A stretch of 64,000 nucleotides of DNA, taken from contig CAVZCQ010000006.1 in assembly GCA_963773835.1 (NCBI GenBank), forward strand, positions 46,061 through 110,060, written 5' to 3'. The translations under genes were made by a program, and so were the position numbers. The stretch is from an uncultured Acidobacteriaceae bacterium. Lineage in GTDB: Bacteria; Acidobacteriota; Terriglobia; Acidiferrales; UBA7541. The number at the start of each line of letters is the position of its first letter. The stretch's first letter is position 1. This document shows, piece after piece, positions 26,501 to 35,619 of the stretch. Below the pieces are notes generated by a model, which saw only the letters and a program-made list of their open reading frames with translations, had not been told where the DNA came from and searched no databases.

Positions 26501-29500
26501 TGCGACGAACATGTCGAGTAATGCCCTGCCCTTCAGCGTGGTGCTTATCTACAGCGCCGCGGCGGCGGCGCCGCCGAACGACCTGTTTATGAACGCCATC
26601 GCCGTCCCCGCGAGCATGACCTCGTTCACGGATATCCAGAACACCTTTGCCGCCACGATGACCCCGACCGACCCGAATCCCAGTAGCGTCAACGGCTGCA
26701 TTCTCATGGGTGCGAATATTCCGCCACCGGCCAGCAACGGCGCGGCCAACAGCATCTGGTATTCCTACACCCCGACGACGAACGCGATGGTCGAGGCCGA
26801 TACCGTCGGCAGCACCGTGCCGTTAAATAACCAGGGCCTGTTCGGGACCGCGGATACGATCCTCGAGGTGGTCACCGGATCGCCGGTAGCCTTCACCGCA
26901 GTGGCGTGCAACGACGACATCGTCTCCGGAAACTTCATCACCTCAGAGGTCAAGTTCTTGGCCGCGGCAAATACGACGTACTTCTTTATGGTGTCGCAGT
27001 ATGAGGGTGTGGGCGGGATCACGGTGTTCAACCTGAACGCCACGCCCATGCCCACGTTGACGTCTATCACGCCGAACAGTGGATTGACCGGAAGTTCCTT
27101 CATGGTCACCCTCATGGGCTCAGGCTTCACCGCTCCTGTCACGCTCAACTTCAATGGCACGGGAGGTTCGTTCTCCAACGTGCAGGTGGTCAGCAGCACG
27201 ATGATTACGGCCACGCTTACCCTCGCGTCGGGCTTGATGACGGCGACCGATACGGTCTCGGTGACGAACAGCGAGGCTACCAGCAATACGGTGAACTTCC
27301 AGGTCACCAACGGTCCGCCCACGCTGACTTCCATTGCGCCCTCCATGGGCGCGCAGGGCGCAGCGATTCCTGTAACCCTCACCGGAACCAATTTCGACAA
27401 TTCGAGCGCCATTGTGTTCGGCGGGACGGGAATCACGTCGTCGACTCCGGTAGTGGTGAACAGCACCCAGATCACCGCCACGTTCACCATCTCCGGCACC
27501 GCCGCGACGCAAACCGTGATGGTCACCACCATGGCCGGAATGAGCGGGACGGTGCAGTTCACTGTGAATCCGGCGCCGACCATCTCCTCGATCAGCCCCG
27601 CCACGGGCGGCCAGAACAGCGCCATCACGGTAACCATCATCGGCACCAATTTCTTCTCTCCCGCCACCGTGACCGTGAGCGGAACGGGCGTGACGGTGAC
27701 CAATGCGACGGTAACTAGCCCGACGACCATTACGGCCACGTTTACCATCGCCTCGAACGCCACGATCTCCGGGCGCACGGTTTCCGTCACCACGGACGGA
27801 TTCACCGTCAACAGCCCCACCATGTTTACCGTCACTGCGCCGGTGCCGACCTTGAATTCCATCAGTCCGGCGAGCGGAGTCCTCGGGGTAGGCGGCGCCA
27901 CGCAGATGGAATCAGTAACCCTCACGGGTTCCAACTTCGTCGCCCCGGTCACGATCAACTTCAGCGGCACGGGCATCACGGCGACGAGCGTCACGCTGCA
28001 GAGCAGCACTACCATCACCGCAGTTTTCAATATTGCCCCGACCACCGCGCTGGGGACGCAGAATGTGACGGTGACGGCCGGAGGCCAGACCTCGGGGAGC
28101 CAGACGTTTACGGTCGCCTCGCCGCCCACGCTCACTTCGATCAGCCCGACGAGCGGGGTAGTGGGTACCAGCGTTCCCGTCACGCTCACGGGGACAAACT
28201 TCTTCAGCCCGGCCACGATCAACTTTAGCGGGACGGGAATCACCGCAAACAGCGTGACGGTGACCAGCGGGACCACGATCACCGCGACGTTTGTCATCGC
28301 GGCGAATGCGCCCCTGGGCGGCCAGACGATCTCTGTGACCACGAGCGGCGTGACCACTTCCTCCATGGCCGTGCAGTTCACCGTGAATCCCCCGGCGCCC
28401 ACGCTGACCAGCTTGAGCTTGCCGATGGGCGCTCAGGGCGCGGCTTCGATCAGCGAAACGCTGACAGGGACGAATTTCCAAACCGGCGCCGGGAACACAA
28501 CCATCAGTTTCAGTGGGACGGGCATCACGGCGTCGAACATCAACGTGACCAGTTCGACCTCGCTCACGGCCACCTTTATGGTCGCTGCGGGCGCCTCACC
28601 GGGCGCTCAGACCGTGTTCGTGACCACCGCCGGTGGCGCTTCGGCAAACATGACCACTTTCACCGTGGAAGCTGCTCCGACATTGACGATGCTCAGCCAG
28701 ACCACGGGCGTTCAGGGCACTACCACCTCCACGATCACGCTGACGGGGATGAACTTCTTCAGCCCGGCCTCGATTTCCTTCAGCGGGAGCGGCATCACGG
28801 CCAACAGCGTCACCGTGACCAGCACGACCACGATTACGGCAACCTTTACGATTGCCGCCAATGCTCCGCTCGGCCCGCAAACCGTCTTCGTCACCACTGA
28901 CGGCGTGACCACTTCCAACGTGGTGCAGTTCACCGTCAATCCTCCAGTGCCAACGCTCACATCGCTGAGCGTCACGATGGGCGCTCAGGGCGGGACCGTG
29001 AATGAGACGCTGACAGGAACGAATTTTGTGTCCGGAGCCACGATCCAGTTCAGCGGCTCGGGCATCACCGCGTCCAACGTGGTGGTCGTGAGCGCGACGA
29101 GCATTACGGCCACGTTTACGATTTTGGGCACAGCCACGCCGGGGGCGCAAAACGTGACGGTGATGACCTCGGGCGGCACTTCGGGGAGCAAACCGTTCAC
29201 GGTGGAAAGTGCGCCCAGCCTCACCTCGCTCAGCCAGACCATGGGCGCGCAGGGAACCACCACCGGCACGATTACGCTCACGGGCATGAATTTCTTCAGC
29301 CCGGCTTCGATTTCTTTCAGCGCCTCCGGCATCACGGCCAACAGCGTGACGGTGACGAGCGGGACCACGATTACGGCGACCTTCACGATCGCGGCGGGCG
29401 CGACGCTGGGGCCGCAGACCGTCTTTGTGACCACCGACGGCGTGACCACGGCCAATGTGGTGCAGTTTACCGTTGAAGCGCCCCCAACACTGGGCATGAT

Positions 29501-32500
29501 CAGCCCGGCGGGCGGCGATCAGGGCGCGGCCGTGCCGGTGACGCTCACCGGGACCAACTTCTTCTCTCCCGCCATGGTGGCCGTGAGCGGGACCGGCGTA
29601 ACCGTGAGCAATGTGGTGGTGATGAATTCGACGACCATCACGGCAACGTTCACCATCGCCGCGAATGCCACCCTTTCCTCCCGGACGGTCTCGGTCACCT
29701 CGGACGGAGTGACCACCGGGACGGTGATGTTTGGCGTGAACCCGCCGGCGCCCACGCTCACGGCGCTGAGCGTCACGATGGGGGCACAGGGCGCGGTGAT
29801 CAATGAAACGCTCACGGGGACGAACTTCGTCACCGGAGCCGGGAACACGACCATCAGTTTCAGCGGCGCGGGCGTCACGCCATCGAACATCAACGTGACC
29901 AGCGCGACCTCGCTCACGGCCACGTTTACCGTCGCTGCGGGCGCTTCGCCGGGCGCTCAGACGGTGTTTGTGACGACCTCGGGCGGCACGTCCACCAACA
30001 TGACCACGTTCACCGTCGAGGCTGCTCCTACGCTGACCATGCTGAGCGTGACCGCCGGCGATGAAGGCACCACCACCGGCACGATTACTCTCACGGGCGC
30101 CAATTTCTTCACTCCGGCCAGCATCACGTTCAGCGGAACTGGAATCACAGCCAACAGCGTGACGGTAACGAGCCCGACCACGATTACGGCCACGTTCACG
30201 GTCGCGGCGAACGCGACGCTGGGTGCCCAGACCGTGTTCGTGACCACCGACGGCGTGACCACTTCCAACGTGGTGCAGTTCACCGTCAACCCGCCTGCGC
30301 CCACCCTCACCGCGCTCAGCACCACGATGGGAGCCCAGGGCGCGGTGATCATGGAAACCCTGACCGGGACGAACTTCCAGATGGGCGCCGGGACCACCAC
30401 CATCAGCTTCAGCGGGGCGGGGATCGTAGCGTCGAATATCAACGTGACCAGCGCGACCTCGCTCACCGCCACCTTTACGGTCGCTGCCAACGCCGCGGCG
30501 GGCGCTCAGACCGTGTTCGTGACCACCGCGGGCGGCAAATCGGCCAACATGACCACCTTCACGGTCAACGCCGCGCCCACGCTCACCATGCTCAGCCAGA
30601 CCATGGGCGCCCAGGGCACCACCACCGGCAGCATCACGCTGACGGGCACGAATTTCTTCACTCCGGCCAGCATTTCGTTCAGCGCCATGGGCATCACCGC
30701 GAACAACGTGACGGTGACGAGCGCGACCACGATTACGGCGACCTTCACGATCGCGGCGGGCGCGACGCTGGGGCCGCAGACCGTCTTTGTGACCACCGAC
30801 GGCGTGACCACGGCCAACGTGGTGACCTTTACCGTGGACGCTCCGCCTACGGTGACCATGATCAGCCCGGCCATGGGGGGCCAGAACACGGCGACCAACG
30901 TGACCATCACCGGAACCAACTTCTTCTCTCCCGCGGTGGTCAATATCACCGGAACGGGAGTCACGGTGAGCAGCGTGATGGTGACGAGCCCGACGACCAT
31001 CACCGCGACGTTTACCATCGCTTCCGGCGCTACGCTTTCCGGACGAACCGTAACGGTGATGACCAACGGGGCCACCACGGCCACGGGAGTCACGTTTACC
31101 GTAATTCCGCCCGTTCCCAACATCACCATGCTCAGCCCGACGATTGGGGCGCAGGGCACCACCGTCAACCTCACGATTACGGGCACGAATTTCCTGGTTG
31201 GAGCCGGCAACACGGTCAACTTCGGCGGCGCGGGCGTGACGGTGATGAACACCAATGGCACGAGCGCGACCACGATCACGACGCAACTGGTGATCGCCGC
31301 CGGGGCCGCTCTGGGCGCTCAGAACATTTCGGTGACCACTTCCGGCGGAACCTCGAACAACTCTCCATTTACGGTGGAGGCGCCACCGACGCTGACCATG
31401 CTGAGCCAGACCAGCGGCAATCAGGGCACCACTACGCCCACGATTACGCTGACGGGCACCAATTTCTTCTCGCCGGCCACGATTTCGTTCAGCGGGACGG
31501 GGATCACGGCGAACAGCGTGATGGTGACCAGCACGACCACCATCACGGCGACGTTCACGATTGCGGCAAACGCAACGCTGGGTCCGCAGACCGTTTTCGT
31601 GACCACCGACGGGGTGACCACTTCCAACGTCGTCCAGTTCACCGTCAATCCGCCCGTGCCCACCCTCACCCTGCTCAGCCAGACCCAGGGCGCCCAGGGA
31701 ACTACCGTCAGCCTCACGCTGACGGGCGCCAACTTCATCATGGGCGCGACGACGGTGAACTTCAGCGGCGCGGGCGTCACGGTCCAGAACACCATGGTCA
31801 CCAGCGCCACCACCCTCACCACACAGTTTGTAATCGGCGCCGGGGCCGCGCTGGGCGCGCAGAACGTTTCGGTGACCACGGCGGGAGGCACTTCGGGGAA
31901 CCAGACCTTCACGGTCGAAGCCCCGCCCACCCTCACCATGCTCAGTCTGACCACGGGCGTTCAGGGCACCACCACGTCCACGATTACGCTGACGGGAACG
32001 GGCTTCTTCACTCCGGCCACAATCAGCTTCAGCGGCACGGGCATCACCGCAAATAGCGTGACAGTGACCAGCACGACCACCATCACGGCCACATTCACGA
32101 TCGCGGCCGGCGCCGCGCTGGGACCACAGACCGTCTTTGTGACCACCGACGGGGTGACCACTTCCAACGTCGTGCAGTTCACCGTCAACCCGCCTGCGCC
32201 CACCCTCACCGCGCTCAGCACCACGATGGGAGCCCAGGGCGCGGTGATCATGGAAACCCTGACCGGGACGAACTTCCAGATGGGCGCCGGGACCACCACC
32301 ATCAGCTTCAGCGGGGCGGGGATCGTAGCGTCGAATATCAACGTGACCAGCGCGACCTCGCTCACCGCCACGTTCACCATCGCTGCCAACGCCGCGGCGG
32401 GCGCTCAGACCGTGTTCGTGACCACCGCGGGCGGCAAATCGGCCAACATGACGAATTTCACGGTCGAGGCCGCGCCCACGCTCACCTCGCTCAGCCAGAC

Positions 32501-35489
32501 TATGGGCGCCCAGGGCACCACCACCGGCACCATCACGCTGACGGGCACCAGTTTCTTCACTCCGGCCAGCATTTCGTTCAGCGCCATGGGCATCACGGCG
32601 AACAACGTGACGGTGACGAGCGCGACCACGATTACGGCCACCTTCACGATCGCAGGAAACGCAACGCTGGGGCCGCAGACCGTCTTTGTGACCACCGACG
32701 GCGTGACCACGGCCAACGTGGTGACCTTCACCGTGGACGCTCCGCCTACGGTGACCACGATCAGCCCGGGGATGGGCGGCCAGAACACCATGGTGTCGGA
32801 GACCATTACCGGGACCAACTTCTTCTCTCCCGCCACGGTGGCCGTGAGCGGGACCGGGGTGACGGTGAGCAACGTGATGGTGACGAGCCCGACGACCATC
32901 ACGGCCACGTTCACCATCGCCTCCAATGCCACGCTCTCCGGGCGTACCGTGTCCGTCACGACGAACGGAGTGACGGCCAACAGCCCGACGATGTTTACCG
33001 TGACGCCGCCGGTTCCCAACATCACCATGCTCAGCCAGACGATGGGAGCACAGGGGACGACCGTCAACCTGACCATCACGGGCACGAACTTTGTGACCGG
33101 GGCCGGCGGCAGCACAGTGAATTTCAGCGGCGCGGGCGTGAACGTATTGAACACGAACGCCACCAGCACGACAACAATTACGACGCAACTGATGATCACC
33201 GCCGGGGCCGCCCTGGGCATGCAGAACATCTCTGTGACCACATCCGGCGGAACCTCGAACAACGCCGCGTTTACCGTGGAGGCTCCGCCCACACTGACCA
33301 TGTTGAGTGTGACGAGCGGGGACGAGGGCACTACCACTCCAACGATTACTCTCACGGGGACGAATTTCTTCTCGCCCGCCACGATTTCATTCAGCGGGAC
33401 GGGGATCACGGCGAACAGCGTGATGGTGACCAGCACGACCACCATCACGGCAACGTTTACGATCGCGGCGAACGCAACGCTGGGTCCGCAGACCGTCTTC
33501 GTGACCACGGACGGCGTGACCACCTCGAACGTGGTGCAGTTCACCGTCAATCCGCCCGCGCCCACCCTCACCGCGCTCAGCCAGACCATGGGCGCGCGGG
33601 GAACTACCGTCAACCTCACGCTGACAGGCACGAATTTCCAGACTGGCGCCACGACGGTGAACTTCAGCGGCGCGGGCGTCACGGTCCAGAACACGATGGT
33701 GACCAGCGCCACCAGCCTCACCACGCAGTTTGTAATCGGCGCCGGGGCCGCGCTGGGCGCGCAGAACGTTTCGGTGACGACTGCGGGAGGCACTTCGGGG
33801 AACCAGTCCTTCACGGTGGAAGCCCCGCCCACCCTCACCATGCTCAGCCAGACGAGTGGGGATGAGGGCGCCACCACCGGCACGATCACGCTCACGGGCA
33901 CGAATTTCTTCACTCCGGCCAGCATTTCGTTCAGCGGCACCGGAATCACGGCCAACAGCGTGATGGTGACCAGCACGACAACGATTACGGCCACCTTTAC
34001 GATCGCCGCCAATGCCCCGCTCGGGGCGCAAACGGTCTTCGTGACCACCGACGGCGTGACCACTTCCAACGTGGTGCAGTTCACCGTCAACCCGCCCGCG
34101 CCCACGCTGACCATGCTCAGCGCGACTTCCGGGGTGCAGGGCAACACGGTGATGGAGACGCTCACGGGGACCAACTTCCAGATGGGAGCCGGGGCCACCA
34201 CGGTCAACATCACCGGGGCGAACATCATGGTGACCGGCACGAACGTGACCAGCTCCACGACGCTCACGGTGAATTTTGTGCTCGCGGCCAACGCCTCGCT
34301 CGGCGCTCAAAACGTAACGGTGACCACGGCCGGCGGCACGTCCGGTACGCAGACGTTCACCGTGCTTCCGCCGCCACCAACGCTCACCATGCTGAGCGCG
34401 TCCACCGGCGTGCAGGGCAACACTGTGGCAGAGACGCTGACCGGGACGAATTTCGTCGCCGGCGCGACGACCATCTTGTTCAGCGGCTCCGGAATCACCA
34501 CCACGAACGTGATGGTGACCAGCCCGACGACCCTGACGGCGAACTTCGTGATCAGCGCCACGGCCACGCTGGGCATTCAAAACGTATCCGTGATGACCGC
34601 CGGAGGGACATCGGGGACACAGCCGTTTACGGTGTTTCCGCCGCCGCCGACGATTACTGCCATCAGCCCGACAGGCGCCACGCTGGGAACTGCGAATCTG
34701 ATGGTGACGATCACGGGCACGAACTTCGTTACCGGGCCGCTCTTCAAGGTCAACGTGCCCGCCGGCCAGGGCATCACTGTGACGAACGCTACGGTGGTGA
34801 GCAGCACCATGATTACGGCGACGTTCACGATTGCGGCGAACGCCACCACGCCATTGCAGAACGTGACCGTGACCACGGCAGGCGGGACCAGCAACAACCA
34901 GCCCTTCGGCGTGGGCACGAACTTCACGATGACGGAGAATCCCTCCTCCAGCACGGTCATGGCAGGGGGAATGGCCGGCACCACGCTCACGATTATGTCC
35001 ACGACGCCAAACACTCAGTTCCCGGCCAACGTGCAGTTCTCCGCATCGGGACTGCCCAATCTTTCCACGTGCAACTTCACCAGCACGGCAGCCGGATTCA
35101 TGGGAGGCGCGACGGGAATCCTGCCGGCAGCCGACGGGACCGCGGCCATGACGCAGGTGATGTTCATGTGCACGACCACCAAGGCGTCATTCGTGGCGCC
35201 GCGCACGCCTGCACCCTGGGCACCGCTGGGCGCCTCGCCGCTCGTCGCTCTGGCCTGGGGAACGCTGCTGATGGCGCTCGGCGCAGGATTGGTCGCCGCC
35301 AGGCAGCAGCGCGGCCGCCGGCTGCAGTGGGCGCTCGCCGCCTTCCTGATCCTGGCCTTCGCAGGCTTCTCGAGCGCCTGCCACAACATGGGCATGCCGG
35401 GCACCATGCCGGGACCGTACAACATCACTGTGAAGGCCACCTCCGGCAACGCCACGCAGACCGTCACCTACACGCTGACGGTGCAGTAG
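23580..35489 (+). CDS. Giant secreted surface protein (~3969 aa): signal peptide, BNR/Asp-box beta-propeller, 1 IPT/TIG, PPC-like jelly-roll, ~29 tandem IPT/TIG domains, C-terminal split Ig-like module with TM hairpin
   Basis: Track ORF 23529..35489. I prefer ATG 23580 (RBS aagggga; the same start context ctcgATGAGACGC as the paralogue). About 9 Asp-box-like motifs are present (STDAGAHW, SIDGGMTF, SRDGAGNW, TANGGTSW...). The repeated unit is P.LT.[IL]S...G.QG.....LTGTNF....I.FSG.GIT...V.V.S.TTITATF.I...A.LG.Q.V.V.T.G.....FTV. Confidence 0.9.
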   Translation: MRRTCSMVFPLAVAGMLFYGCLFSPPLRAQTSGKTPAAGSSGAQDAETASGRRKEPDEVSRRQEWFYHQRRYPLARIPAGARQQALQQREASRREQVNRGMIAGNQNPDPPIIFNPWTAIGPQPTAANGFDFLQQITNTSNITDFSGRINAIAVDPKNNNIVYLGGADGGLWKSTDAGAHWLPLTDAQASLAMGAIAIDPGSCGGASCTTIYAGTGEANFAGDSYFGAGVLKSIDGGMTFTQLGATAGSVTFLSAVIPTSFVGPFDSQTGGAFFSDIVVNPTNSLQLLASVDFGAETKASGIFCSDNGGMNWKQVVAGAAGTAVVIAADGKTAFGALGDPGGLAANGIYRSTTANNTCATQTWTLLNAAPLPSGTAAGRISLGLAPSIATSPFTLYAAIANPLNQSSTFLDVFKSANTGTTWSATHAPDICQMQCFYDMVIKVHPNNSSVVFLGGSAVTNSNKMDIFLLRSTNGGGTWDAGNLTTDIAFDGTNEIHVDQHAIAFSPPTPGAGSYTMYVGNDGGAWDTPMTCNTINPGTCSTVAWTDLNLTLSLSQHYAGVSMHPASQLVVMGGFQDNGSQKYDAGTFPGSTAWTMINGSDGGATYIDRGVPSTVYATTEFIPNFSFITKSVTNGDLDSTNAITFSQATNGIDANGTGSDYSEFIPQLASDPTPGNNRVLYYPTCNLYQSRDGAGNWTAMTAASLCAAGLADYTTIAPAADGNTVYAGDSNGGVHVTTNAIRAANAAWTNVTKAPLPGRFITKIAVSPTNPQFALVAYSGFCGFNAGDNVGHVFETANGGTSWTDISGGCNGVVGQALPNTPVNDIVIDPADNTNQTFYVATDVGVFITSNGGGVWLQLDQQPRTLPDGVVLSLTLRNESRTLVAGLHGRGAWAMQLQSFMPAYGLASLTPVFAAQGSAADVMLTANGEGFVSGDTVQFNGVGLVTTFVSPTKLTATIPAAMLANRGTASITVFDATNMSSNALPFSVVLIYSAAAAAPPNDLFMNAIAVPASMTSFTDIQNTFAATMTPTDPNPSSVNGCILMGANIPPPASNGAANSIWYSYTPTTNAMVEADTVGSTVPLNNQGLFGTADTILEVVTGSPVAFTAVACNDDIVSGNFITSEVKFLAAANTTYFFMVSQYEGVGGITVFNLNATPMPTLTSITPNSGLTGSSFMVTLMGSGFTAPVTLNFNGTGGSFSNVQVVSSTMITATLTLASGLMTATDTVSVTNSEATSNTVNFQVTNGPPTLTSIAPSMGAQGAAIPVTLTGTNFDNSSAIVFGGTGITSSTPVVVNSTQITATFTISGTAATQTVMVTTMAGMSGTVQFTVNPAPTISSISPATGGQNSAITVTIIGTNFFSPATVTVSGTGVTVTNATVTSPTTITATFTIASNATISGRTVSVTTDGFTVNSPTMFTVTAPVPTLNSISPASGVLGVGGATQMESVTLTGSNFVAPVTINFSGTGITATSVTLQSSTTITAVFNIAPTTALGTQNVTVTAGGQTSGSQTFTVASPPTLTSISPTSGVVGTSVPVTLTGTNFFSPATINFSGTGITANSVTVTSGTTITATFVIAANAPLGGQTISVTTSGVTTSSMAVQFTVNPPAPTLTSLSLPMGAQGAASISETLTGTNFQTGAGNTTISFSGTGITASNINVTSSTSLTATFMVAAGASPGAQTVFVTTAGGASANMTTFTVEAAPTLTMLSQTTGVQGTTTSTITLTGMNFFSPASISFSGSGITANSVTVTSTTTITATFTIAANAPLGPQTVFVTTDGVTTSNVVQFTVNPPVPTLTSLSVTMGAQGGTVNETLTGTNFVSGATIQFSGSGITASNVVVVSATSITATFTILGTATPGAQNVTVMTSGGTSGSKPFTVESAPSLTSLSQTMGAQGTTTGTITLTGMNFFSPASISFSASGITANSVTVTSGTTITATFTIAAGATLGPQTVFVTTDGVTTANVVQFTVEAPPTLGMISPAGGDQGAAVPVTLTGTNFFSPAMVAVSGTGVTVSNVVVMNSTTITATFTIAANATLSSRTVSVTSDGVTTGTVMFGVNPPAPTLTALSVTMGAQGAVINETLTGTNFVTGAGNTTISFSGAGVTPSNINVTSATSLTATFTVAAGASPGAQTVFVTTSGGTSTNMTTFTVEAAPTLTMLSVTAGDEGTTTGTITLTGANFFTPASITFSGTGITANSVTVTSPTTITATFTVAANATLGAQTVFVTTDGVTTSNVVQFTVNPPAPTLTALSTTMGAQGAVIMETLTGTNFQMGAGTTTISFSGAGIVASNINVTSATSLTATFTVAANAAAGAQTVFVTTAGGKSANMTTFTVNAAPTLTMLSQTMGAQGTTTGSITLTGTNFFTPASISFSAMGITANNVTVTSATTITATFTIAAGATLGPQTVFVTTDGVTTANVVTFTVDAPPTVTMISPAMGGQNTATNVTITGTNFFSPAVVNITGTGVTVSSVMVTSPTTITATFTIASGATLSGRTVTVMTNGATTATGVTFTVIPPVPNITMLSPTIGAQGTTVNLTITGTNFLVGAGNTVNFGGAGVTVMNTNGTSATTITTQLVIAAGAALGAQNISVTTSGGTSNNSPFTVEAPPTLTMLSQTSGNQGTTTPTITLTGTNFFSPATISFSGTGITANSVMVTSTTTITATFTIAANATLGPQTVFVTTDGVTTSNVVQFTVNPPVPTLTLLSQTQGAQGTTVSLTLTGANFIMGATTVNFSGAGVTVQNTMVTSATTLTTQFVIGAGAALGAQNVSVTTAGGTSGNQTFTVEAPPTLTMLSLTTGVQGTTTSTITLTGTGFFTPATISFSGTGITANSVTVTSTTTITATFTIAAGAALGPQTVFVTTDGVTTSNVVQFTVNPPAPTLTALSTTMGAQGAVIMETLTGTNFQMGAGTTTISFSGAGIVASNINVTSATSLTATFTIAANAAAGAQTVFVTTAGGKSANMTNFTVEAAPTLTSLSQTMGAQGTTTGTITLTGTSFFTPASISFSAMGITANNVTVTSATTITATFTIAGNATLGPQTVFVTTDGVTTANVVTFTVDAPPTVTTISPGMGGQNTMVSETITGTNFFSPATVAVSGTGVTVSNVMVTSPTTITATFTIASNATLSGRTVSVTTNGVTANSPTMFTVTPPVPNITMLSQTMGAQGTTVNLTITGTNFVTGAGGSTVNFSGAGVNVLNTNATSTTTITTQLMITAGAALGMQNISVTTSGGTSNNAAFTVEAPPTLTMLSVTSGDEGTTTPTITLTGTNFFSPATISFSGTGITANSVMVTSTTTITATFTIAANATLGPQTVFVTTDGVTTSNVVQFTVNPPAPTLTALSQTMGARGTTVNLTLTGTNFQTGATTVNFSGAGVTVQNTMVTSATSLTTQFVIGAGAALGAQNVSVTTAGGTSGNQSFTVEAPPTLTMLSQTSGDEGATTGTITLTGTNFFTPASISFSGTGITANSVMVTSTTTITATFTIAANAPLGAQTVFVTTDGVTTSNVVQFTVNPPAPTLTMLSATSGVQGNTVMETLTGTNFQMGAGATTVNITGANIMVTGTNVTSSTTLTVNFVLAANASLGAQNVTVTTAGGTSGTQTFTVLPPPPTLTMLSASTGVQGNTVAETLTGTNFVAGATTILFSGSGITTTNVMVTSPTTLTANFVISATATLGIQNVSVMTAGGTSGTQPFTVFPPPPTITAISPTGATLGTANLMVTITGTNFVTGPLFKVNVPAGQGITVTNATVVSSTMITATFTIAANATTPLQNVTVTTAGGTSNNQPFGVGTNFTMTENPSSSTVMAGGMAGTTLTIMSTTPNTQFPANVQFSASGLPNLSTCNFTSTAAGFMGGATGILPAADGTAAMTQVMFMCTTTKASFVAPRTPAPWAPLGASPLVALAWGTLLMALGAGLVAARQQRGRRLQWALAAFLILAFAGFSSACHNMGMPGTMPGPYNITVKATSGNATQTVTYTLTVQ
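27042..34919 (+). repeat. In-frame tandem array of ~29 IPT/TIG-domain coding repeats (unit ~270-285 nt)
   Basis: Counted by eye from the translation, one unit per ...FTV[NEDT][PA] boundary. Several alternating subtypes are visible (NINVTS type, FF[ST]PA[ST]ISF type, GQN...VTS type, PNITMLS type). Confidence 0.85.
30291..34091 (+). repeat. Two consecutive ~1.9-kb super-repeats (7 IPT domains each; 30291-32189 and 32190-34091) that are near-identical at nucleotide level
   Basis: Offsets of 1899 and 1902 nt. The stretches I compared by eye (about 30241-30860 vs 32141-32760, and 31381-31690 vs 33281-33590) differ at only a few percent of positions. Confidence 0.8.
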
Positions 35490-35495
35490 GGGCGG

Positions 35496-35514
35496 CCTGC
35501 CTGCCGCAGGCAGG
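35496..35514 (+). terminator. Hairpin CCTGCCTGC-C-GCAGGCAGG just after the giant gene stop (weak terminator or attenuator; only a CTTT tail)
   Basis: Inverted repeat read directly, 7 nt after the stop codon. Confidence 0.3.
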
Positions 35515-35619
35515 CTTTACGCGGCCATTTCGGAACGCCGCACGACGGCCGCGCGTGTCAACCGGGCGGGATTAACCCGCCCCGACACTCTCGGAGCAGT
35601 GGCCCGGCCAGGGAGCTCG

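Noticed and set aside
28596-33188. 1530-aa minus-strand ORF, plus many other long minus-strand ORFs across 26.7-35.5 kb (for example 32405..34291, 26765..28402 and 33387..34580)
   Set aside because: They are antisense to the IPT/TIG array. The translations are monotonous Arg/Gly/His- or Val/Thr-rich strings produced by a GC-rich repeat with few antisense stops. The plus-strand frame has clear domain structure, a signal peptide and an RBS.
27042-34919. Regular ~270-285-nt periodicity that could be mistaken for a CRISPR-like or satellite array
   Set aside because: The period is far too long for CRISPR and there is no repeat/spacer alternation. The array is a continuous in-frame coding repeat (IPT/TIG domains).
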